From an uncultured Planctomycetaceae bacterium (GTDB lineage Bacteria; Planctomycetota; Phycisphaerae; SM23-33), in NCBI GenBank assembly GCA_964427875.1, contig CAYRVX010000003.1, positions 46,910-110,909 of the forward strand: a stretch of DNA of 64,000 nt. The letters are read 5' to 3'. Under the pieces are notes generated by a model. It saw nothing but the letters and a program-made list of their open reading frames with translations, was not told the DNA's origin and searched no databases. Both the position numbers and the translations under genes were made by a program. This document shows positions 9,332 to 18,183 of the stretch, one piece after another. Numbering within the stretch: the first letter of the stretch is position 1; each line of letters begins with the position of its first letter.

Positions 9332-10330
9332 TCATCTCTTGCCGCCCTCCGTCAGCGCGGGCACCTCCAGCAGCGGGGTGGGGAGCTTCTCGCTGGTGAG
9401 GTACAGCGTCTTTCCGTCCGGGCCGTAGCAGATCGACTCGCCCTGGCGCCGCCCGGGCATCCGGAGCTTGCGCCCTCCGCGCCGGAAGGCCGCCGCCCAC
9501 TTCTCGCCGGCGGCGCGCGTGTACTCGAACGCCAGGCCGTACGTCAGAACGACCGCCCGAAGCCCGTCGCCGGAGATGTCCATTGCGACGGCCGCTGCGA
9601 TGTCCAGTTCGGCGACGGCCTTGGCCACGAGCTTCCTTCTGGCGGCCTTTGGCGGCATGGGCAGCTCGTAGACCGTCCGTTTGCCCCGCTTGGAGACGAG
9701 GTAGATCGTCTTCGTGGTGGGATCGACGGCGACGGACTCGCAGTCTTGCGGCCCGTCTTCGTACGTGAAGTGAATGGCCCGGGCGACGCGGAGCTTTCCG
9801 CCGGCCTTCGGCCTGTTGGGGTCCACGGCGGGCTCCGGGACGAGGTAGAGGGACACGAACGGGCGGATGAGGGCGTTGTCGCCGGTGTCGCAGATCAGAA
9901 GGAAGTGCTTCTTTCCCACGGTGAGCCAGGCGAGGTCTTCCCAGTCGCGGTTGCGGGCGCCGATCACCGTGTACGCGCCGAGATGCCGGCCTCTCCTGTC
10001 GAAGGCGAACAGCTCCGCCGGGGAGCCGGAATCGTTCTGGGTCCAGAACACGCCCGGGGTCCGCCGGCTTGGGGCCAGGCCGCTGCTCTCGTCGATCTGC
10101 CGGCAGGCGAGCGTGCAGAGATGCCTGGGCTTTCCGTAGCGGATCGGCCCCGGCCGGCGGGCCTTATCCGCGGCGATCGCAAGAGAGACGATCAGAACGA
10201 ACGACACACCCGCTGGGCACCGAAAGCCAACCCATCTCACATCCACACTCCCACAGCTCTTCGCCTCCCGGGCTGTTCGCTTCAGCGGAACAGGCCCCGG
10301 AAAGCAGGTATACCACTGCGGCACTCCCAC
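9332..10330 (-). CDS. Hypothetical secreted/lipoprotein-like protein
   Basis: 332-aa ORF with a signal-like VSFVLIVSLAIAA. Motifs QNDSG / DTGDN suggest a phytase-like beta-propeller, but this is weak. Start uncertain. Confidence 0.35.
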   Translation of the reverse strand: MGVPQWYTCFPGPVPLKRTAREAKSCGSVDVRWVGFRCPAGVSFVLIVSLAIAADKARRPGPIRYGKPRHLCTLACRQIDESSGLAPSRRTPGVFWTQNDSGSPAELFAFDRRGRHLGAYTVIGARNRDWEDLAWLTVGKKHFLLICDTGDNALIRPFVSLYLVPEPAVDPNRPKAGGKLRVARAIHFTYEDGPQDCESVAVDPTTKTIYLVSKRGKRTVYELPMPPKAARRKLVAKAVAELDIAAAVAMDISGDGLRAVVLTYGLAFEYTRAAGEKWAAAFRRGGRKLRMPGRRQGESICYGPDGKTLYLTSEKLPTPLLEVPALTEGGKR

Positions 10331-10370
10331 GCGCCTTCACCGAGGCATCGAGTCCGCCTTCGCGCCGCGG

Positions 10371-11816
10371 TCACGCCCGCGCGCTGCTGCGGCGGACTGC
10401 CATGGCGCCGGGCAGCGTCTCGGACTTCTCCCGCACCGTGCCGAGCACGGGGTCCTTGTCGAGGTAGTATTCCCAATGGCTCATCGCATTGAGCATGCGT
10501 TTGCCGCGTCGGCAGTCGTCGATCGTCAGTTTGCCCTCGCGGACCAGATCGTAGTAGGGTCCGAGGTCGGTCTGACGGTACAGGTCCGCGAAGTGCTTGT
10601 AGAACTCCACTCGCGGCATGCGGGTCGGCGTGACGGCGTGGAGCGTGTCGTAGCACGTGTAGTCGTAGGTCAGCAGGTCGTTGAAGCGCTCGCGGTACAG
10701 TTGCGTGCCCACCAGCGGCGTCAGCACGGTGAACTGCGTATGCGTGATCTCCTTCTCGTTGACGTAGTCGCGAAGCCGCTTGAAGTCCTCGGCGGCCCAC
10801 ATCGGGTCCACGATGAACGCGCCCCAGATGATGACGCCGTTGCGCTTGAGGATGCGGATGGCCTCGTCGTTGGTGATCAGCTTGTTGGCCTTGTTCACGC
10901 TGGCGAGCGCCTCGTCCGATGCGCCCTCCAGCCCCAGCAGGATCGCATACAGGCCGACGCCGACCCACTTCTCCACCAGCTCCGGGTGTTTTGCGATGGA
11001 GTCGGTACGTGCCTCCATCGAGAAGCTCATGTCGAGCCCCTCGGCGCTGATCCGGTCGGCCAGCTCGTCTTCCCGGCGGTAGTTCATCAGGAAGTTGTCG
11101 TCCACGAACGTGACGTGGCGCGTCTCGACGTGGCGGATCTCCTCCATGACGCGTGCGGCGGACATCTGCCTCGTTCTGCCGCCGTAGAACTCGTGCACGC
11201 TGCAGAAATTGCACCGGAACGGGCAGCCGCGGCTGGCCGCCACGGACGAGTCCGGCTTGTCGAACAGGAAGAAGTAGTGCCGGCGGTACTTCGCCACGAG
11301 GTCGCGGCGCGGCAGGGCCAGTCGGTCCATGCTCCTGGATTTGGGCACCACGCGGGGGTTTCGCACGAACCGCCCGTCCCGGCTCCGCCAGAGGAGGTTC
11401 GGCACGCCGGCCAGCCCGCGACGGTCCCGGATCGCACGCACGAGGTCCGGGAAGACGAACTCTCCCTCCCCCACCGCGATCGCGTCCACCTGCGGGATCT
11501 GGAAGTCCTCCGGCATCAGCGTGCAGTGGTGCCCGCCGACCACGGTGAAGATCTCGTCGGAGAACTTCTTGACGGCCTGGAGAATGTCCTGGGCGGCGTA
11601 CACCTCCGTCGTCAGGGCGGTCACGCCCGCCAGGTCGGGCTGGAACGCCTCCAGCATGCCAAGAAGGTTTGCGTCGATCCGCATGTCGAGGATGCGCACC
11701 TCGTGCTGCGGCACGCTGCCTGCGAGAATCTCCAGGTGCAGCGGCTCGGGCATCGCCGCCAGGCGGAACCCGAAGCCGGCGATCTGATAATCCGGTTGTA
11801 TGAGCAGAATACGCAT
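10371..11816 (-). CDS. B12-binding-domain radical SAM protein
   Basis: Start at MRILLIQPDYQ (ATG 11816). An N-terminal cobalamin-binding-like domain and the CPFRCNFC (CxxxCxxC) radical-SAM cluster motif. The 711-aa ORF extension upstream is a GC read-through. Confidence 0.75.
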   Translation of the reverse strand: MRILLIQPDYQIAGFGFRLAAMPEPLHLEILAGSVPQHEVRILDMRIDANLLGMLEAFQPDLAGVTALTTEVYAAQDILQAVKKFSDEIFTVVGGHHCTLMPEDFQIPQVDAIAVGEGEFVFPDLVRAIRDRRGLAGVPNLLWRSRDGRFVRNPRVVPKSRSMDRLALPRRDLVAKYRRHYFFLFDKPDSSVAASRGCPFRCNFCSVHEFYGGRTRQMSAARVMEEIRHVETRHVTFVDDNFLMNYRREDELADRISAEGLDMSFSMEARTDSIAKHPELVEKWVGVGLYAILLGLEGASDEALASVNKANKLITNDEAIRILKRNGVIIWGAFIVDPMWAAEDFKRLRDYVNEKEITHTQFTVLTPLVGTQLYRERFNDLLTYDYTCYDTLHAVTPTRMPRVEFYKHFADLYRQTDLGPYYDLVREGKLTIDDCRRGKRMLNAMSHWEYYLDKDPVLGTVREKSETLPGAMAVRRSSARA

Positions 11817-11976
11817 CGGAGCCTCTTGACGAAGTATAATCCGGACCTCACGCTGAGCATCGGCCCATGGGCACTGCCCATCTTGCGCCGGTGCAATGTA
11901 CCAGAAAATGCCGGGATCGCCGAGAAGTTCGCAAAAAGCCCGCGGAGCATTCCGGCGGGACCGCGAAAGGACGCTC

Positions 11977-12669
11977 ATGCCCAGCCAACGCGCCCGCCGG
12001 CTCCTGAGAAGCGTGCTGAAGCTGCTGCGGCGCGCCCACGGCCGGCGGCGTTGGCCGGGACCTCGCGACCCCGTCGACGTGCTCGTGGCGACCATTCTCT
12101 CGCAGAACACCAGCGGCGCCAACAGCGCAGCGGGCTTCCGGCGGCTCAAGGAGCGTTTTGCCACGTGGGACGAGGTCGCCGACGCCCGAGTCCGGGCCAT
12201 CGAGCGATGCATTCGCGTCAGCGGCCTGTCGCGCAGGAAGGCGCCGCGCATTCGCGAGATCCTTCGGCAGCTCCGTTCGGATCGCGGCGGGATCGGCCTC
12301 GCCTTCCTGGCCGAAATGGGCCCCGACCGGGCCTGCCAGGCCCTACTGCGGTTCGACGGCGTCGGCCCGAAAACGGCCCTGTGCGTCCTGATGTTCGCGA
12401 TGGGGATGCCCGTCTTCCCCGTGGACACGCATATCTTCCGCATCACTCGGCGGCTGGGCCTGCTGCCGGACGCCGCGGCGCCCCAGCGGGCGCACGAGGT
12501 CCTCACGCCCCTGATCGCCCCGGCCGACCGCTACGAGATGCACCTGTTGCTGATCGCCCACGGCCGGCGCGTCTGCCGGGCCGGAAGCCCCCAATGCTCC
12601 CGATGCCCTCTCCTGCCGCTGTGCAAGTTCGGGAAGCGCAACGCACCGCGAGCGACAGCCCGGTCTTGA
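11977..12669 (+). CDS. nth: Endonuclease III (HhH-GPD base-excision DNA glycosylase)
   Basis: HhH-GPD motif LLRFDGVGPKTA and a C-terminal 4Fe-4S loop CRAGSPQCSRCPLLPLC. Start chosen at MPSQRARR. Confidence 0.85.
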   Translation: MPSQRARRLLRSVLKLLRRAHGRRRWPGPRDPVDVLVATILSQNTSGANSAAGFRRLKERFATWDEVADARVRAIERCIRVSGLSRRKAPRIREILRQLRSDRGGIGLAFLAEMGPDRACQALLRFDGVGPKTALCVLMFAMGMPVFPVDTHIFRITRRLGLLPDAAAPQRAHEVLTPLIAPADRYEMHLLLIAHGRRVCRAGSPQCSRCPLLPLCKFGKRNAPRATARS

Positions 12670-12747
12670 GTGCGTCCACGGAGGGCGAAAGGCCGGCAGT
12701 CCTCCCTGGCCCGAGCGCCCACGGCCCCCGTCTTCCGCTCGTGCGCG

Positions 12748-13791
12748 TCAATCCTCCAGCACGTTGCCGAGCTCTTCCATGTGTTCGAGGATCCATTTGA
12801 CCTTGCGGCTGACCATTTGCAGGAAGCCGAAGCCGTCGAGCCGGCCGAAGCTGCCCGTGGCGGCGATGGGCAGGACGGCCTCGGCGGTCATGGCCTCACA
12901 CATGAGGAACGGCACGGCCTTCAGCTCGGCCACGGAGACCACGTTGACCGAGTCGTAGCCACGCATGAAGCGTTTGAACCGCGTTCGGTCGAGGTAGGCC
13001 GGCCACTTCGCCGGGTCGTCCGCGCCGCCGAGGATGGAGAATTGCAGCGCCCCGTTGGCCAGGTCGATCACCCGCTGCTGGAGGCGGGCGGCGTCGTAGT
13101 CGATGACGCCCACTATGTTCTGCTCCCTGAACAGCATGTTGCCCGGATGCCAGTCGCCGTGGACGATCTGGGCCTGCCAGTTCTTCAGCCCGAGCTTGTT
13201 GACCTCGTCGGCGCAGGACTGGTACGACCCCTTGAGGTGCTCGACCGTCTCGGTCAGCACTTCCACCGACGGCCGCGAGTCCATCGGCAGCGAGCTGATC
13301 GTGTTCTGGATGGCCTGCTGGATGGCGGGTGCGTCGTGATAGCTGCCGGTAGGGGGCTTGTAGTCGCTGCTGAAGTCGACGAGCAGCTTGTGGTAGAGCC
13401 CCAGGATCCTGCCGGAATGGAAAGTCGCGTCGAGCGAGCCATCGTATCCGGACCCGGTGATGTATTCGAACATCTCGTAGATGCTCGACTCCCACACCAG
13501 CATGGAGTCGTTCTCGTCGCGGGTGCCCAGCAGGTGGGGCAGGGGGAAGTTCTGGCCGGCGAGGGTCAACTGGATCTGATGCGTGAACGCGACCTTTGCC
13601 AGGTCGTCCTTGCCCTTCGCGCGGCGCTTGAAGAGGAACCTGCCCCGCTGGCAGTCGATGACCACCTTCGGAGCACGCCGGGAGCCCCGCGCGAACTCCT
13701 CGATGCTCGAGATGATCCCGAGGTCGTAATGGCTCAGACAGATCGCCAGCTCCCTGGCGCCGAATGTCTGGCGTACCTTGTTGTCAGTCAT
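12748..13791 (-). CDS. Aminoglycoside-phosphotransferase-fold kinase (APH/CotS/homoserine-kinase-II-like)
   Basis: Brenner-type motif HGDWHPGNML and an IDYD Mg-binding motif. 347 aa. Confidence 0.7.
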   Translation of the reverse strand: MTDNKVRQTFGARELAICLSHYDLGIISSIEEFARGSRRAPKVVIDCQRGRFLFKRRAKGKDDLAKVAFTHQIQLTLAGQNFPLPHLLGTRDENDSMLVWESSIYEMFEYITGSGYDGSLDATFHSGRILGLYHKLLVDFSSDYKPPTGSYHDAPAIQQAIQNTISSLPMDSRPSVEVLTETVEHLKGSYQSCADEVNKLGLKNWQAQIVHGDWHPGNMLFREQNIVGVIDYDAARLQQRVIDLANGALQFSILGGADDPAKWPAYLDRTRFKRFMRGYDSVNVVSVAELKAVPFLMCEAMTAEAVLPIAATGSFGRLDGFGFLQMVSRKVKWILEHMEELGNVLED

Positions 13792-14078
13792 GATCTGAGG
13801 CCGCCCGAAACGCCTACTTTGCTCCGACAGCCCGCCCTCTGCCGAACAGGCGGTTGGAACGCTTATTATAATCGATAATGCCCGAAGACCTGCATCTCTT
13901 ATGGAAAAGGTTTTGGCGCCTGGGCCGGCCGCGGGCGTCCGTCCGGCCGTCGCTTCGCCGACGGTTGGCCGCCGCGGGCCGGAAGAGTATAATCTCGTGC
14001 CGGGTGCCGAAGCGCCCCGCGAGACAGGTTGTTCGCCGCTACGATACGCATGGTCGGAAGGATTTCGGGGTCTTTGCC

Positions 14079-15482
14079 ATGGGAAAACTCTGGAGCTTGA
14101 TTCTGGCCGGGAGTTGTGCGGCTGCGCTGCCGGCGGGCCCGGCCGTCGCGCAGAACGTCTCCCGCGTCACGCCGGTCGTCCTGGCCTGCCGCAAGGCCCG
14201 CCCCGCCGTGGTCAACATCTCCACGGAGAAGATCGTCACCACGCGATGGGGCATGTTCGGCAGGGACATCTTTGAGGACATCTTTCCCAGCCCGTTCCGG
14301 CGCCACGTGCCCGTCCAGAGCCTCGGCAGCGGCTTCGTGGTGCACCCGGCCGGGTACATCGTCACCAACGCGCACGTGGTCCGTCGGGCCCGGAAGGTCA
14401 CCGTCACGCTGGCCGACAAGTCCAAACACCCCGCCAGGATCATCAGTTCCGACGAGGCGCACGACCTGGCCGTGCTGAAGATCGGGCCCCCCGGCGGCAA
14501 GGGCCTGGCTTACCTGCCGCTGGGGCGCTCCGACGACTGCATGGTCGGCGAGACCGTCGTCGCCATCGGCAACCCGCTGGGCTACTCCCACACGGTCACC
14601 CGCGGCATCGTCAGCGCGCTGAACCGCAAGCTGGAGTTTCGCCAGGGCGTCAGCTATGAGGGCCTCATCCAGACGGACGCTCCGATCAACTCCGGCTCCA
14701 GCGGCGGGCCGCTCCTGAACATCCACGGCGACCTGATAGGCATCAACACCGCCATCCGCGCCGACGCCCAGAACATCGGCTTCGCCATTCCCGTCGATTC
14801 CCTCATGGAGGAGTTTCCCACGCTGCTGGACTTCGAGCGGATCCACCGGGCGGTGTTCGGGGCGAAGGTGCTCCAGCGTCACGCAGCCGGCGGCGACGAG
14901 CTGTACGTCGCGGAGGTTCGCCCCGGCACCCCGGCCGAGGGGAAGCTGCGGGCGGGGGACCGGCTGATCTCCCTCAACGGGAAGCCCCTTCGCCAGATCC
15001 CCGAGTTCACCTGCGCGATGCTCGTCGCCGGGGCGCCCGCCAAGGCTCGCCTGAAGCTCCGCCGCGGCGAGAGGACGGTCACGGCCGTCGTGCCGGTGGA
15101 GGTCAAGCCGCGCCCCGACGGCAAGCTCCTCGCACAGAAGCTCTTCGGCATGACGCTGCGGGAGATCACGCCGCGGCTGGCCCGCGACCTTCGCCTGCCG
15201 CTGGACAGCGGGCTGCTCGTCGTCGGCATCGACGCGGACGGCCCGGCCGATCGCATCGGGCTTCAACTGAAGGACGTCATCTTCCAGGTGGGCAAGTTCT
15301 ACGTATCCGACCTGGAGGCGCTGGGCATCCTCCTGGAGGACTTCCCTTCGCACCAGGCGGTCAGGATCGGCGTAGCCCGCGGCAGCGTGGCGGTGTGGGT
15401 CCAGGTCCGCGCCCGGGGCAAGCCGGTGCGGCCCGGGACCGGCTCGCGCAGCGGCCCGGCCGGCGGGCGCGCGGATGCTTGA
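14079..15482 (+). CDS. htrA: HtrA/DegP-family periplasmic serine protease (trypsin-like + PDZ)
   Basis: Signal peptide MGKLWSLILAGSCAAALPAGPAVAQ. Catalytic triad context TNAHVV, D, GNSGGPL(LN). A C-terminal PDZ domain. Confidence 0.85.
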   Translation: MGKLWSLILAGSCAAALPAGPAVAQNVSRVTPVVLACRKARPAVVNISTEKIVTTRWGMFGRDIFEDIFPSPFRRHVPVQSLGSGFVVHPAGYIVTNAHVVRRARKVTVTLADKSKHPARIISSDEAHDLAVLKIGPPGGKGLAYLPLGRSDDCMVGETVVAIGNPLGYSHTVTRGIVSALNRKLEFRQGVSYEGLIQTDAPINSGSSGGPLLNIHGDLIGINTAIRADAQNIGFAIPVDSLMEEFPTLLDFERIHRAVFGAKVLQRHAAGGDELYVAEVRPGTPAEGKLRAGDRLISLNGKPLRQIPEFTCAMLVAGAPAKARLKLRRGERTVTAVVPVEVKPRPDGKLLAQKLFGMTLREITPRLARDLRLPLDSGLLVVGIDADGPADRIGLQLKDVIFQVGKFYVSDLEALGILLEDFPSHQAVRIGVARGSVAVWVQVRARGKPVRPGTGSRSGPAGGRADA

Positions 15483-15533
15483 CGGACCGGCCGGCAATCC
15501 ACACGGGCTCTGCGGCGAGGCGGAGGCGCAGAC

Positions 15534-16685
15534 GTGAAGGTGGTCATCGCACCGGATTCGTTCAAGGAGTCGCTGACGGCGGCCGAGGTCACCGAGGCCA
15601 TTGCCGACGGCGTGAGAGCTGCCTGCCCGCAGGCGACGCTCGACCCGTGCCCCATGGCCGACGGCGGAGAGGGCACCGTGGCGGCCATGGTCGCGGCGAC
15701 CTGCGGGGAGGTTCGAACGGCCGGGGTCGCCGGACCGCTCGGCGAGCCCCTTCAGGCGGAGTTCGGCCTGCTCGGCGCCGCGGCGGGCTCCGCCGGTCGG
15801 ACAACCGCGGTGATAGAGATGGCCGCCGCGTCGGGCCTGGACCTGGTGCCGCCCGAGCGCCGAGACCCGATGCGGACGACCACCTACGGCACGGGGGAGC
15901 TGATCGCAGCGGCCCTGGAGGCCGGCGCGACGGGCGTCCTCATCGGCATCGGCGGCTCGGCCACCGTGGACGGCGGCTGCGGCTGCGCCCAGGCGGTGGG
16001 CGTGGTCTTCGCCGACGCCGCGGGCGATCCGTGCGTCCGCGGCCTGGCCGGCGGGGGACTGCCCACCGTTGACCGGATCGACATGAGTCGGCGCGACCCG
16101 CGAATCGCCGGCGCCCGCATCCGTGTGGCCTGCGACGTGACGAACCCCCTGACCGGCCCTCGCGGCGCCGCGGCCGTCTACGGGCCCCAGAAGGGGGCCT
16201 CTCCCGAGATGGTCCGGCAGCTCGAGGCGGGCCTGGTGCACCTTGCCGAGGTGATCCGCCGAGAGCTCGCCGTCGACGTGGAGCATCTGCCCGGCGCCGG
16301 GGCGGCCGGGGGGCTTGGGGCCGGGCTGGTCGCCTTCCTCGGCGCCGAGCTCCAGCGCGGCGTCGAGATCGTCGCCGACGCCGTCGCCCTTCGCGATCGC
16401 CTCGCCGGGGCCGACCTGTGCATTACCGGCGAGGGCCGCTTCGACGCCCAAAGCCTTTCGGGCAAGACGGCCGTCGGCGTCGCCCGCGTCGCCGGCGAGC
16501 TGTCCGTGCCGGCGATCTGCATCCCCGGCCAGGCCGAGCCGGGCCTCGACGACGAGGGGCTCTTCGCCGCGGTCCGGCCGCTGGCCGCCGGCGACGTGAC
16601 CATCGACCACGCCATGCGGCGGCCGAAGGAGCTCCTGGCGGCACGGGCGGCCGAGGCGGTGGAGGCGTTTCTCCGGGGCTCCTGA
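15534..16685 (+). CDS. glxK: Glycerate kinase
   Basis: Canonical N-terminus (M)KVVIAPDSFKESLTA. Gly-rich kinase family, 383 aa. GTG start. Confidence 0.85.
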   Translation: MKVVIAPDSFKESLTAAEVTEAIADGVRAACPQATLDPCPMADGGEGTVAAMVAATCGEVRTAGVAGPLGEPLQAEFGLLGAAAGSAGRTTAVIEMAAASGLDLVPPERRDPMRTTTYGTGELIAAALEAGATGVLIGIGGSATVDGGCGCAQAVGVVFADAAGDPCVRGLAGGGLPTVDRIDMSRRDPRIAGARIRVACDVTNPLTGPRGAAAVYGPQKGASPEMVRQLEAGLVHLAEVIRRELAVDVEHLPGAGAAGGLGAGLVAFLGAELQRGVEIVADAVALRDRLAGADLCITGEGRFDAQSLSGKTAVGVARVAGELSVPAICIPGQAEPGLDDEGLFAAVRPLAAGDVTIDHAMRRPKELLAARAAEAVEAFLRGS

Positions 16686-16799
16686 GGCGGCTCCCGGGGG
16701 CTTCACTTCCGGCCTTTCAGTATCTCTTGTGTCCGGAACCTGCTTGCGTTACGGTATTGGGCCTCGATCTGCGCCTGACGGACAGACAAGAGGGCGGTC

Positions 16800-18080
16800 A
16801 TGGACTTCTTCGACTACAGGGACGGCTCGCTGTGCTGTGAGGACGTGCCCGTTGCGGACATCGCCGCCGCGGTCGGCACGCCGGTCTACATCTACTCCGC
16901 CGCGACGCTGCTGCTGCACTATCGCCGTCTGGCCGAGGCGTTCGCCGAGCTGAAGCCCACGATCTGCTTCTCCGTCAAGTCGCTGGCGAACCTCCAGACC
17001 CTCAAGCTCCTGGCCGGGGCCGGCAGCGGGTTCGACGTGGTCTCCGGCGGCGAGCTGGCCCGCGTGCAGGCCGTCGGGGCCGACTGCCGAAGGATCGTCT
17101 TCGCGGGCGTCGGCAAGACCGATCGGGAGATCGACGAGGCGATCGAGGCCGGCATCGGGCTGTTCAACGTGGAGTCGCAGGAGGAGTTCGAGAACATCTC
17201 CCGCCTGGCCGCCGCCGCGGGCAGGCAGGTCCGCGCCGCCCTGCGGCTCAACCCCGACGTCTACGACCCCAAGACGCACAGGTACACCGCGACCGGCAAG
17301 AAGGAGACGAAGTTCGGCGTGGACATCGACCGCGCCGTCGAGTTCTTCCGGGCGTACGGCCGCGACGAGCACGCACGGCTGGACGCCATCCACCTGCACA
17401 TCGGCTCGCCGATCTACTCGGCCGAGCCGTACGTCAAGGCCATCACCAGGACGCTCGAGCTGATGGACCGGCTGAAGGGCGAGGGGTTCGAGGTCCGCAC
17501 GCTGGACATCGGCGGCGGGTTTGCCGCCGACTACGAAGAGGGCGCTTCGCCCCTCGCGACGGACTACGCCAGGGAGATCGTCCCTCTGCTGGCCGGCAGG
17601 GGCCTGGAGGTGATCCTCGAGCCCGGCCGGCAGATCGCCTGCAACGCCGGCCTGCTGCTGACGAAGGTCCTTTACGTCAAGAAGGGCGGCGAGCGGAGCT
17701 TCGTCATCGTGGATGGCGCGATGACGGACCTGGTTCGTCCGGTCATGTATGGCTCGGAGCATTTCGTCTGGCCAGCCCGGCTGGCGGAAGGAGCGCCCGC
17801 GCCCCAGCGCCGGAGCGGCTTCGCCGCCGAGGGCGGCCGGAAGGTGGACGTCGTCGGCGGCGTGTGCGAATCGAGCGATTTCCTGGCCAAGGATCGCGTT
17901 CTGCCCGTCATGCAGCGGGGCGACCTGCTGGCGGTGTTCTCCGCCGGGGCGTACGGTTTCGTGATGTCGAGCCAGTACAACTCCCGCCCTCGGGCGGCGG
18001 AGGTCCTCGTCGAGGGCGGCGCGTGGCGGATCATCCGCCCGCGGGAGACTTACGAAGACCTCTTCGCGACCGAGAAGTAG
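16800..18080 (+). CDS. lysA: Diaminopimelate decarboxylase
   Basis: PLP fold-III decarboxylase: CFSVKS, GSGFDVVSGGEL, LDIGGGF, ESSDFL. 426 aa. Confidence 0.9.
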   Translation: MDFFDYRDGSLCCEDVPVADIAAAVGTPVYIYSAATLLLHYRRLAEAFAELKPTICFSVKSLANLQTLKLLAGAGSGFDVVSGGELARVQAVGADCRRIVFAGVGKTDREIDEAIEAGIGLFNVESQEEFENISRLAAAAGRQVRAALRLNPDVYDPKTHRYTATGKKETKFGVDIDRAVEFFRAYGRDEHARLDAIHLHIGSPIYSAEPYVKAITRTLELMDRLKGEGFEVRTLDIGGGFAADYEEGASPLATDYAREIVPLLAGRGLEVILEPGRQIACNAGLLLTKVLYVKKGGERSFVIVDGAMTDLVRPVMYGSEHFVWPARLAEGAPAPQRRSGFAAEGGRKVDVVGGVCESSDFLAKDRVLPVMQRGDLLAVFSAGAYGFVMSSQYNSRPRAAEVLVEGGAWRIIRPRETYEDLFATEK

Positions 18081-18183
18081 CCCACCGCGGGTCCCGTCCG
18101 TCTCATGTCCTCCAACGCACGACCACGGCTTGCCGGTTGGCGGAACCCCCGAGAGCCCCTGTTTCCCGACAACGGCAATCGGA

